From Ignavibacteria bacterium (lineage in GTDB: Bacteria; Bacteroidota; Ignavibacteria; Tepidaquicellales; OLB5), in assembly GCA_041917655.1 (NCBI GenBank), contig JAYRXC010000023.1:89809-153808 (forward strand): a stretch of DNA of 64,000 bases. Direction: 5' to 3'. Under the pieces are notes generated by a model that did no database searches, was not told the origin of the DNA, and worked only from the letters and a program-made list of their open reading frames with translations. Within the stretch, counting starts at the first letter, position 1, and the number at the start of each line of letters is the position of its first letter. Positions 8,797 through 18,400 of this stretch are shown here, in pieces. The translations under genes and the position numbers were made by a program.

Positions 8797-9932
8797 CGTA
8801 ACGCGGCGCGCTTAATTACAGAATAATACACATTTTCAATATTTGCGGTCATGATATCAACTGTGAATTTCTCCATCATCAGCTCAAAGCTTTTTAGCCC
8901 CATCTGTTTTCTCAGGTTCTCATCGCCGCATAGCAGCAGCAGCTTTTCCGAAATACCCTTTACATCTTTATCTTCCAGAATATAACCGCTTACGCCTTCG
9001 CGCACCATAGCAGGCATATCGCCTACACGTGTTATCACCATGGGCAGCTCCTGCGCAAGCGCGTGAAGCATGGCATAGGGGAATGTTTCGCCGCCGCCTT
9101 CAACTGAGGTGTGCGCGTAGATATCGAATGCGGAATACATTGACTTGATATCCTTCCTGAACCCGGGAAAAATTACTCTATCCTGTATTCCAAGCTCTTC
9201 AGCAAGTGATCTCAGCATTCCGCTTAGCTCGCCATCGCCAACGACCATTAATCTCGACTTCGGGAAAGCTTTGGCAACCGGCGGATAAGCGCGGATAAGA
9301 AATTCCTGTCCCTTGAAAGGAACCATCCTTGCGACATTGCCTATTAATATCTCATCATCTTTAACACCGAATTCATCCCTGATCATTCTGCGTGTATCGG
9401 GATCTTTTTTATTCTGTTCAGGGTCCAGCCCGAGATGAATAAGCGATATTTTATCGGGGTCTATCTTATCTTCATTAACAAGCAGGTCTTTTGTACACTG
9501 GCCGTCAACAATAAAATGGCTGATTAGGAATTTATTCCTGTACCAGTGCGTAAGGTTATGCATTATGCTGTGAAAGCTGTGATTGGTTGTAATATGCGGA
9601 ACGCCTGCACGTTTAGCAGCAAATGCGCCTGCTGTGCGGTCATAATTTGTATTGGAGTGTACTATATCGATCTTATTTTGTTTAATGAATTGGGCCAGCT
9701 CGCCAGATATTTTCCACACCCTGTTTGTGCCGGAGTGTTCGGGATAATCGACCGGGAAAACATCGATTCCTTCTTCAATGCAGCGGCTGTAGATCAGGTT
9801 ATCACTGCGGCAGGATACCCACACTTTGTGTCCGCGCGATTTTAAGAGGTTTGCGAACTGGTAAACAAAAAACTCGCCGCCGCCGTAAATATCCAGCGCG
9901 TTTAGAAGTAATATATTCAGTTTTTTACGCAT
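8793..9932 (-). CDS. Glycosyltransferase family 4
   Basis: GT-B C-terminal motif EGGGETFPYAMLHALAQELPMVITRVGDMPAMVREGVSGYIL. Confidence 0.8.
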   Translation of the reverse strand: MRKKLNILLLNALDIYGGGEFFVYQFANLLKSRGHKVWVSCRSDNLIYSRCIEEGIDVFPVDYPEHSGTNRVWKISGELAQFIKQNKIDIVHSNTNYDRTAGAFAAKRAGVPHITTNHSFHSIMHNLTHWYRNKFLISHFIVDGQCTKDLLVNEDKIDPDKISLIHLGLDPEQNKKDPDTRRMIRDEFGVKDDEILIGNVARMVPFKGQEFLIRAYPPVAKAFPKSRLMVVGDGELSGMLRSLAEELGIQDRVIFPGFRKDIKSMYSAFDIYAHTSVEGGGETFPYAMLHALAQELPMVITRVGDMPAMVREGVSGYILEDKDVKGISEKLLLLCGDENLRKQMGLKSFELMMEKFTVDIMTANIENVYYSVIKRAALR

Positions 9933-10143
9933 TTTTTAGAGGTTACTGCCGTAAATTAGCTCAATAATAGTACATATTAAACCTGCAATTTCGTACCTTT
10001 TTGCAGCTGCAAAATAACTGATAAAAGTCAGTTTTGAACATATCCTATGTCATATGATTTCATGACCTGCGGGAGTTAATTTAGTATTGGTAAAATATCA
10101 AAAACAGAACTTTTAACTACAATTACAGATCAAAAATAGCCAT

Positions 10144-12534
10144 ATGGAAAAGACAAATTATAAGAATGTTGAATCACAAAAGCTTGGATTTGCAGCAAGA
10201 AGAGGTAAGTATTATGATGTGAATGACATCATGAAATCCGGAAAGCCGCTGAGTGAGAATGAAGTGAAGCTGTTTGAAAAGCTTGATGTGATATACAGAA
10301 CCCTGTGCGCGATCATGTTCAATTTTGTACCAACAAGCGGTCATCCCGGAGGGTCAATATCTTCCGGCAGATTTGTGTCTTCAATATTATATAATACACT
10401 CGATTTTGATATCAAGGATCCGTTCAAAGATGAATCTGATATGGTTGTTTATGGCGCAGGACACAAGGCTCTTGGCCTGTACGCAATGTGGGCTTTGAGG
10501 AATGAAGTTGTACGGGCATTCGATCCCAACGCACTTCCTGATGAAAAATTTCAGATGAGGCTTGAAGATCTACTTGGTTTCAGGCGCAATCCGGTTAACT
10601 CATTGACCCTGTTCAAAAAATTCAATGCAAAGGCTCTTGACGGACATCCGACACCTGCAACTCCCCATGTAAAGATTGCAACCGGCGCGAGCGGTGTTGG
10701 CGATACAGCAGCTTTCGGTCTTGCTTTAGGAGCAATAGATTACTTCGGTGAAAATGCGCCGCAGGTACACGTGATCGAAGGCGAAGGCGGCATGACACCG
10801 GGAAGGGTTGCTGAGGCCTTGGCTGCAGCAAGCGCAATGAGGCTCCATAATGTTAAATTCCATATTGATTTTAACCAGGCATCAATCGATTCAAACCGTG
10901 TTTGCCGCGAAGGTGAGTTAAAGGGTGATTACGTACAGTGGAATCCGATGGAGCTTTGCTACCTGCACGACTTCAACGTTATTTATGTTGATGACGGCAC
11001 AGATTTTAATAAAATAGCTGCTGCCCAGCTGTTTGCCAAACAGATAGATAATAAAATGCCGACTGCAATTGTTTATCGCACCGTTAAAGGGTGGAAGTAC
11101 GGCATCGAAGGCAGGGCATCGCACGGGGCTGGGCATAAGCTGAATTCCGAAGGCTATTACAAAGCATGCGAAGAGTTCGAAGAGGCATTCGGCAAAAAAA
11201 TACCGCATTTTTCGGGTGAAGCAACACAAGATAACATGGAAAAGTGCTTCTATGATACATTAATGACAGTCCGCAAAGCCGTTGAAGATGAAGCATCATT
11301 CAAATATTTTGCTGAAGCAATCGCCGAAAGCAAGAAGAGGCTGAATGCCGATAAGAGAGTTCCAAAAGCTTCAGGTATGGATCTTCAGGCTATTTATGAC
11401 GATAATGTGCTTAACGAAAAACAAACTCCGGAAGAGCTTAATGTTAAACCCGGTGAGATCACTACACTGCGCGGTGTGCTCGGCTCATCGCTCGGTTATA
11501 TTAATAAAAAATCCAATGGCGCTATATTAGGTGTAGCCGCGGACCTGTTAGGTTCAACTTCGGTTAACCTGGTTGGCTCGGGATTCCACGAAGGATTTTA
11601 TGATTCAGTAGATAACCCTGATTCAAGGATTCTTGCTGTGGGCGGGATATGCGAAGACGCTATCGGCGGCATGATGGCCGGACTTTCCGCTTACGGCAAA
11701 CATATTGGCGTAAGCTCATCTTACGGAGCATTCATATCAGCGATGGAGCATACGGCTGCAAGGCTTCACGGTATAGGTGAACAAAATAAGGTGATGCACT
11801 TTGGCGGCAACTATAATACATGGATACTGATCAATGCGCATGCAGGATTAAAAACGGGAGAGGACGGTCCAACACACGCAGATCCGCAGTGTCTGCAGCT
11901 TATACAGGAAAATTTCCCTCCGGGAATAATGGTGACACTCACTCCATGGGAGCCGGGCGAAATTTGGCCGCTGTTGGCAGCCGGATTGAAGCAGAGACCC
12001 GCAGTACTTTCTCCATTTGTAACCAGGCCCAATGAGCCGGTTATCGATAGGGAAAAGCTGAATATTGCGCCCGCAAGCGAGGCCGCAAAAGGCGTTTATG
12101 CGCTGAGGAAAGCTGACCCCAAACGGCACCTTGATGGTTCAATAGTTCTGCAGGAAAGCGGCGTGACAATCGAATTTGTTACGAAGGTGCTTCCAAGGCT
12201 TGATGCTGAAGGATTCAATATGAATATTTATCATGTATCCAGCGCAGAGCTGTATGACGCCCATCCGAAGGAAGAACGCGAGGAGCTTTTACCTTATACG
12301 GTTAGAAGAGATGCGTTGGGCATCACCGGCTTCACGCTGCCCACTATGTATAAATGGATCACAGGCTTCGAGGCGCGGTATAATATTCTGCACCCGTTCC
12401 GCCATGGTTATTACCTTGGCAGCGGGACTGCTGAAAGCGTGCTTCACCAGGCCGGACTTGACGCTGACACTATGTATGAAGAAGTAAAAAAATACGCAGC
12501 GCAGAGGTCAAAGGCGGCAGCTTCTGTAAATTAG
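10144..12534 (+). CDS. tkt: Transketolase-like TPP enzyme (long 796-aa form)
   Basis: SGHPGGSISSGR and GLKTGEDGPTHADPQCL motifs. Confidence 0.7.
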   Translation: MEKTNYKNVESQKLGFAARRGKYYDVNDIMKSGKPLSENEVKLFEKLDVIYRTLCAIMFNFVPTSGHPGGSISSGRFVSSILYNTLDFDIKDPFKDESDMVVYGAGHKALGLYAMWALRNEVVRAFDPNALPDEKFQMRLEDLLGFRRNPVNSLTLFKKFNAKALDGHPTPATPHVKIATGASGVGDTAAFGLALGAIDYFGENAPQVHVIEGEGGMTPGRVAEALAAASAMRLHNVKFHIDFNQASIDSNRVCREGELKGDYVQWNPMELCYLHDFNVIYVDDGTDFNKIAAAQLFAKQIDNKMPTAIVYRTVKGWKYGIEGRASHGAGHKLNSEGYYKACEEFEEAFGKKIPHFSGEATQDNMEKCFYDTLMTVRKAVEDEASFKYFAEAIAESKKRLNADKRVPKASGMDLQAIYDDNVLNEKQTPEELNVKPGEITTLRGVLGSSLGYINKKSNGAILGVAADLLGSTSVNLVGSGFHEGFYDSVDNPDSRILAVGGICEDAIGGMMAGLSAYGKHIGVSSSYGAFISAMEHTAARLHGIGEQNKVMHFGGNYNTWILINAHAGLKTGEDGPTHADPQCLQLIQENFPPGIMVTLTPWEPGEIWPLLAAGLKQRPAVLSPFVTRPNEPVIDREKLNIAPASEAAKGVYALRKADPKRHLDGSIVLQESGVTIEFVTKVLPRLDAEGFNMNIYHVSSAELYDAHPKEEREELLPYTVRRDALGITGFTLPTMYKWITGFEARYNILHPFRHGYYLGSGTAESVLHQAGLDADTMYEEVKKYAAQRSKAAASVN

Positions 12535-12579
12535 TTAATCGTTCTTTGGGGGGATATTATGAAAAACCGCTGCTGAAGG

Positions 12580-12614
12580 CCGCTCCATAGGAGCTCCTTC
12601 GGAGCGGTTTTTTT
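12580..12614 (+). terminator. Intrinsic terminator between the convergent tkt and M43 protease genes
   Basis: Stem ccgctcc/ggagcgg with an inner ggagctcc palindrome, followed by T7. Confidence 0.7.
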
Positions 12615-12641
12615 ATTGCATCATTTGACTTGTGAGCAGGG

Positions 12642-14060
12642 TCATTTCAGCAGCACCATTTTTTGAGTGAAAGTGAATCCTCCTGCTGTCATGCGGCAGA
12701 AATATACCCCGCTTGCAAATTCAGAAGCTTTCCATTTAACACTATATGTACCTGCATTCATCTGACCATTTACCAATCGTGATACTTCAATTCCCCCTGC
12801 ATTATGAACAGTGATAGTCAACATGCTTCGCTCCGGTATGCTGAAACGGATCTCCGTTTCGGGATTAAATGGGTTCGGATAATTTTGCAGCAATTCATAT
12901 CCCTGCGGTATTACAGCTCCTTCCTGAGTTACACCTGATACTGCCGAACACAGGCCATGTGTACCGAGAGAATTTCTTAGCGGACTATTCAGCATTGCTG
13001 TTTGCATCCTGAGAGCCTGGTCATAGGTGAACATATACTTCGCCGGGTCTGCGGAATAATCCATGAAGTTCATGTACATTTCACCGTTCGGTGAATTTAA
13101 GGGCGAGCTGCATGAACCGGGATTCAAAGGGTAAACAGGGAATCCGGTATTTGAAGTAAATGCGGGTGGAGTATCAGCGCAATAATCTGTGAGGCAGTTT
13201 CCATCACCCCATATGTGCCTTAAGCCAAGGTAATGACCCGCTTCGTGAGTTATAGTTCTTCCTCTTACGTTGGGAGATGCATAGATGCCGCCGGGAAAGA
13301 TAGATGCAGACCCAACCGCAGATGAATAGCTCCATATGCCATCTGTTGAATCGGTGCCCTCACCATTGCCTGCTATACCGGGCAGTGTGCTGAGCGGCGG
13401 AAGCGTTGAAAATCCCGTAAAAGGTACAGCGGCGTTTTTATCACTTATCCAGATATTCAGGTATTTTGCGGCCTTCCATATTGATTGCGGTTTTACTGTA
13501 CCGTCAAAATATGATCTTAATGCAGCCGGTGTTGTGAATGTGTTTGGATTTGTCCATCCGCGTGTGTTCAGGTTAATTCTTTCGATGCCGGGTTCTGATA
13601 AAACATTCCCATTGGTATCCTTTTCAGCCAGGCAGAATTTGATGTTAATGTTAGCGATTCTAACCCGGCCAAGGCTATCTCTGTTGTCCGGAGGCAGGCT
13701 TTGATTTATTGCCCATTGAATGAATGCATTTGAAGGATACGTTTGGTAATTAAATCCGGTGCCGGCATAATCCTGGTTTAATACGGTGATCTGCGAGCTG
13801 ATCTGTTCCTGCTGAATATTGGGGAATGTTCCGATCGGCTGCCCGCTGTGGATAACATGAAATATTACGGGTATGGTGTATTCTGTGAAGCGGCTGCTGC
13901 CTGATTGAATCTGCTGCCCGCGGAATTCACTGATCAATTCAGAGAAAACAATTTCCCATTGCTTTTCGGGGATTGGAGTGCCGCAGTTTTCGACGGTTAT
14001 TTGAGATCTTAATACTGTGCCTGAAAATATTAAGAGCAGCACCGGAATAAATTTAGTCAT
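12642..14060 (-). CDS. T9SS-sorted zinc metalloprotease, M43 (pappalysin/cytophagalysin-like)
   Basis: HEAGHYLGLRHIWGD zinc motif, signal peptide from MTKFIPVLLLIFSG (start 14060 preferred over 14099), T9SS tail. Confidence 0.8.
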   Translation of the reverse strand: MTKFIPVLLLIFSGTVLRSQITVENCGTPIPEKQWEIVFSELISEFRGQQIQSGSSRFTEYTIPVIFHVIHSGQPIGTFPNIQQEQISSQITVLNQDYAGTGFNYQTYPSNAFIQWAINQSLPPDNRDSLGRVRIANINIKFCLAEKDTNGNVLSEPGIERINLNTRGWTNPNTFTTPAALRSYFDGTVKPQSIWKAAKYLNIWISDKNAAVPFTGFSTLPPLSTLPGIAGNGEGTDSTDGIWSYSSAVGSASIFPGGIYASPNVRGRTITHEAGHYLGLRHIWGDGNCLTDYCADTPPAFTSNTGFPVYPLNPGSCSSPLNSPNGEMYMNFMDYSADPAKYMFTYDQALRMQTAMLNSPLRNSLGTHGLCSAVSGVTQEGAVIPQGYELLQNYPNPFNPETEIRFSIPERSMLTITVHNAGGIEVSRLVNGQMNAGTYSVKWKASEFASGVYFCRMTAGGFTFTQKMVLLK

Positions 14061-14193
14061 ATTTTTCAATACGTATTTAATACGATACAATAATAGCAAT
14101 ATTTGATTCTAATTTTGAGCTAATATTTGGGAAAGGGTAGAGTTTGTAAAAAAAGGACAAAAGATATCTGCCTGCACAGGAATGATAAACTAT

Positions 14194-14359
14194 AAGCTAA
14201 TCAGAGAAGCTCCGCTCTTCAGAGCGGAGAAAAGTAAATCCCGAACAATCGGCTTTAACCGAAATTTCTCATTTCTAAAGAAAGCAGAAAAATGGAAGTG
14301 CGGCTAAAGCCGGTATATTCCCGGAACTTGATCCACGACCTAAATGTCAAAGCTAATCA
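14194..14359. repeat. Hairpin cassette flanked by the 10-nt direct repeat AAGCTAATCA
   Basis: Direct repeat at 14194-14203 and 14350-14359. Interior hairpins ctccgctc-ttca-gagcggag and cggct-aa-agccg. Confidence 0.45.
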
Positions 14360-14436
14360 AGATCCTTTCTCTCTCTATACGGAGCTTAGCAGACAGGAAT
14401 TACAAAGCGCTTATGCCTTGCTTGTGTAAAATAGAA

Positions 14437-14462
14437 AAGGAGGATCTTTTCGGATCCTCCTT
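14437..14462 (-). terminator. Terminator hairpin downstream of tRNA-Leu
   Basis: Perfect stem aaggaggatc/gatcctcctt, with a T-rich tract following on the minus strand. Confidence 0.6.
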
Positions 14463-14467
14463 TAATC

Positions 14468-14552
14468 TGGTGCGGGAGGGGGGACTTGAACCCCCACGCC
14501 TTGTGAGCGCCACCCCCTCAAGATGGTGCGTCTGCCATTTCGCCACTCCCGC
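14468..14552 (-). tRNA. tRNA-Leu (anticodon GAG), class II with long variable arm, CCA encoded
   Basis: Reverse complement reads GCGGGAG..GCGAAATGGCAGACGC..CCATC-TTGAGGG-GGTGG..variable arm..GGGGGTTCAAGTCCCCCCTCCCGCACCA. Confidence 0.9.
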
Positions 14553-14770
14553 AAAAATTCATCAAAATCCATTCTTTTGACGAATTGCTTAAGAATTACA
14601 AATTTAAAAAAACAAAATATTATTTAAAAGATAAAAATATCCCCAAAATCAGAGGATTCTTATATGATTTAGAAGAATTGAACATTGTTCTCAATTTGTG
14701 TATAACAAGCATAAAAAAAGCTTTGTCTGTTAAACAAAGCTTTTATAGAATAAAGTATGTTAAAACACTC

Positions 14771-14878
14771 TTATCCGAATACAAATCCGATTACGATTAT
14801 TGCGAGCATAAGGAATATTGTTGTACCAATATATACATTGCTGCTCTTTTTAACCTGTTCCATCTGCTGTTGTTCCAT
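14771..14878 (-). CDS. 35-aa single-TM peptide S2 (MEQQQMEQVKKSSNVYIGTTIFLMLAIIVIGFVFG)
   Basis: Not in the ORF track (under 60 aa). SD AAGGAGA lies 6 nt upstream of the ATG. Paralogous to S1. Confidence 0.6.
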   Translation of the reverse strand: MEQQQMEQVKKSSNVYIGTTIFLMLAIIVIGFVFG

Positions 14879-15060
14879 TTTGATCTCCTTAAAAAGTTTA
14901 ATGATGAAGTTTTTTTCTTTTCTCTGTAACAAGTTATATCAAAACGGTTATAAGAACAATCACGCTAAGACGTTATATTGTTTCCAGAGCTGTTATTGAA
15001 AGGATTTTAGCATGAATAAATGCTGCTACAGAAGTATTCCGTGGTACCGGTATTTGAATA

Positions 15061-15099
15061 ATTCTGCCGCCCTGTTTCAGACGGCAGAATTGTTTTTTT
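15061..15099 (+). terminator. Plus-strand-oriented intrinsic terminator with no plus-strand gene upstream
   Basis: Stem attctgccg/cggcagaat followed by T7 on the plus strand. Lies just 3' of minus-strand peptide S1. Confidence 0.45.
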
Positions 15100-15122
15100 G
15101 CCGGATACCTGCGATAATATCT

Positions 15123-15230
15123 TCAGCCAAAAATCATGCCGACGATGATTATCGCAAGGAAAATTGTTATTGCTCCGGCAATAAAGAAATTACTTCTTTT
15201 TGTAAATGATGTTAGGTCAGTACTATTCAT
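15123..15230 (-). CDS. 35-aa single-TM peptide S1 (MNSTDLTSFTKRSNFFIAGAITIFLAIIIVGMIFG)
   Basis: Same length and collinear similarity to S2 (K11, S13, N14, I17, I21, L25-A26-I27-I28, G31, F34-G35). Weak SD gaagaggtg. Confidence 0.55.
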   Translation of the reverse strand: MNSTDLTSFTKRSNFFIAGAITIFLAIIIVGMIFG

Positions 15231-15434
15231 ATTTTTTTACACCTCTTCATGGTAAAGGTTGCCAAGATTGCTTTCAATAGCAACACTAAAATAATGCATC
15301 AAATAGCGTTAGTAAATAACGAAACAGGTTATTTAGAACTCAATCAGCATAAATCCGGCAACTAACCTAAATAAGCATTAGGTAAGGATCCTCGTCAATA
15401 AAAAACATGATTTAAGTCGATATGTTATATTTCA

Positions 15435-15462
15435 TAAAAAAAGAGGCCCAATTGAGCCTCTT
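15435..15462 (-). terminator. Terminator of the 2-oxoglutarate dehydrogenase gene
   Basis: Stem aagaggc/gcctctt followed by T7 on the minus strand. Confidence 0.65.
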
Positions 15463-15486
15463 GTAAGCTTCATAAAACGCAAAGCA

Positions 15487-18400
15487 TTATTTAATATCAA
15501 CAACCTTTTCAATAGCCGCAAATGCTTCCACAAGCAGTCTCTTCTGGGTTTGATCAAACACAGAATGCGAACCCGGCGCAGGTGCCGGACTTTCATCCCT
15601 GCTTACTCCATAAAGCGTCAAATTGCTGCCAAGATCCCTGAGATCACGTTTCAGGCGGTAAGACATGAATATTAATGCGCCCATGTTGTGCGGCTCTTCC
15701 TGTGCCCAAACAACCTCTTTTGCGTTTTCATAGGTTTTAAGTACAGATTTGATCTCTTCAGAAGGATAAGGATAATATCTTTCTATCCTCACAATAGCAG
15801 TATTTGTTATATTATTCTCTTTCCTGTGTTTCATCAGGTCATAATAGAATTTACCGCTGGTTAAGATCACCCTGGAAATGTTTTTCTTATCTGTTATTAA
15901 TTCGTCGTCTATCACAAGTCTGTACCTGCCGTCAACAAACTCATCTTTGGGCGAGCGCGCTTCCGGAAGCCTCAAAAGGCTCTTTGGTGTCATCACTACA
16001 AGCGGCCTGCGGTTTGTATACTTGCCCTGTGTGCGCAGCAGGTAATAATACTGAGCAGGTGTTGAAGGATTGCAGACAGTGATGTTCTCATCAGCGCACA
16101 AAGTTAAAAATCTCTCGAGCCTTGCACTTGAGTGTTCAGGTCCCTGTCCCTCCTGGCCGTGCGGCAGAAGCAGCGCCAAATTGCTGGGCAGGTTCCATTT
16201 ATCCTGTGATGCTGCAAGGAAGTTATCTATTATAACCTGCGCCGCGTTGGCAAAATCACCGAACTGTGCTTCCCAGAGAACAAGCGAAAGCGGGTCTGCA
16301 GTGCTGAAACCGAACTCAAATCCAAGAACGGCGGCTTCCGATAGCAGGCTATCGAGCGGCTCTATCTGTGCAAGCCCGGGTGCAATATTATTGTGCGGAA
16401 TTATCTCTTCCTCTGTATCCATATCAGTTAATACAATATGGCGCTGAGAGAATGTACCTCTTGCGCTATCCTGGCCACTTAGCCTGACAGGGATTCCTTC
16501 CATCAGAAGAGTTCCGTAAGCCAATGCTTCCGCAAAAGCCCAGTCAACCAATACATCGCCTTTCAGAAAATCTCTTCTTGATTCAATGAACTTCTTTAAT
16601 TTGGGATGAAGATGGAAGTTCTCCGGGAGAGTTGTTATAACATCCACAACTTTTTCCAGATCTTTCATAGTGATCTTCTCAAGCTGGTGCGAGCGTAATA
16701 TCTTAACCTGTTCATCTGTAAGCCTGATAGGGGTATCGCTTCGGAATGACATTCTTCCTTCATGTGCGCTGGTGTAGCCTTTATCCATTATTTCGTAGAT
16801 GCCTGCTTCCATTTCTTTAACATCTTCGGGGCTGACAATCTTTTCATTTAGAAGCTTTTCCTGGTAAATGTTCTTCACCGAAGCATGGCTCCTGATTGCC
16901 TTGTATAATACAGGCTGAGTAAATGCAGGTTCATCCGACTCATTGTGACCAAGCCTCCTGTAGCTGTATACATCGATCACCACATCCTTATGGAACTTCA
17001 TCCTGTACTCATATGCCAGCCTGGTAACAAGCAATGTTGCTTCCGGGTCGTCTCCGTTTACGTGAAATATTGGCGCCTGTACCATCTTTGCCACATCTGA
17101 AGCATAAACTGTTGAGCGCGCGTCGACAGGGCTGGTGGTGAACCCGATCTGGTTATTAATGATCACATGGATCGTTCCGCCGGTGCTGTAGCCTTTAAGC
17201 TGCGAGAGGTTCAGTGTTTCCGCCACTATACCTTCGCCTGCAAAAGCGGCGTCTCCGTGAATAAGCACAGGAATATATTTATTCCTTTCTGCGTCACGCA
17301 TCATGGTTTGTTTAGCTCTTACGATACCTTCGACAACCGGGTTCACAAACTCAAGGTGGCTTGGGTTCGAGGCAACAGATACATTAATATCATCGCCATA
17401 AAGAGTTTCGTATATGCCTGAAGCGCCAAGGTGATACTTAACGTCTCCTGAGCCTTCTACGGAATCAACATCAGTAATATCTTCAAACTCAGAGAAAATT
17501 TCCTGCAGGTTCTTACCAATGATGTTGGCAAGTATGTTCAGCCTGCCGCGGTGCGCCATTCCAAGCACCATCTCGTCAACTGATTCACGCGCTGCAAGAG
17601 CGAGCAGGTAATCAAGCACAGGTATGATAGTCTCTGAACCTTCAAGAGAAAATCTCTTGTGGCCGATGTATTTTTTATCTACGAACTTTTCGAAATTTTC
17701 CGCCTGGATCAGCTTGTAAAGAATATGTTTCTTTTCTTCGTTTGTGAAAGAGGGCTGGTTGCGGATAGGCTCCATTGCATTTTGAAGCCAGATTTTTTCT
17801 TTCGGGTCCTGGATATGCATATACTCTACCCCGATATTTTCGCAGTAAGTTTTTTGCAGCACATCCATTATTTCGCGCAAAGTTGCTGTTCTAAGCCCGG
17901 CCAGCTTGGGAGTGATAAACTGCCTGTCATAATCCCACACCGTGAAGCCGTAAGTATTAGGGTCAAGCTCCGGATGATATCTTGCGACCGGCTTCAGCGG
18001 GTCAAGGTTTGCAAGCAGGTGCCCGCGTACCCTGTACATATTCACAAGCTGAATTGCTTTAGCCTGTTTTTCAATTTCTTCGAGGTTATCAATGCCGTCA
18101 AAGTTCTCGGGATTGTTATCCTGCTTCCACATCACCGGCTTAACGGGCATTCCCAGATCGCTGAAAATATCATCATAGAAGCCGTCTTCACCTATTAAGA
18201 GCTTGTGTATCTTCTGGAGGAAGAGCCCTGATTCAGCTCCCTGGATTATCCTGTGGTCATAAGTGCTGGTAATATTCATTACCTTACTGATGCCAAGCAT
18301 TGTAATAATATCTTTAGTTACTGCCTGGTATTCTGCAGGGTAATCGAGCGCACCCGTTGCAATAATGGCTCCCTGTCCCAGCATAAGCCTTGGCTGCGAA

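Noticed and set aside
14344-14580. 78-aa plus-strand ORF
   Set aside because: It lies antisense across the tRNA-Leu(GAG) gene and its terminator hairpin. The tRNA cloverleaf accounts for the sequence.
14553-15486. The AT-rich tRNA-adjacent segment as an integrated genomic islet
   Set aside because: There is no integrase and no duplicated tRNA 3' end (att repeat). The segment lies on the 5' side of the tRNA rather than at its 3' end.
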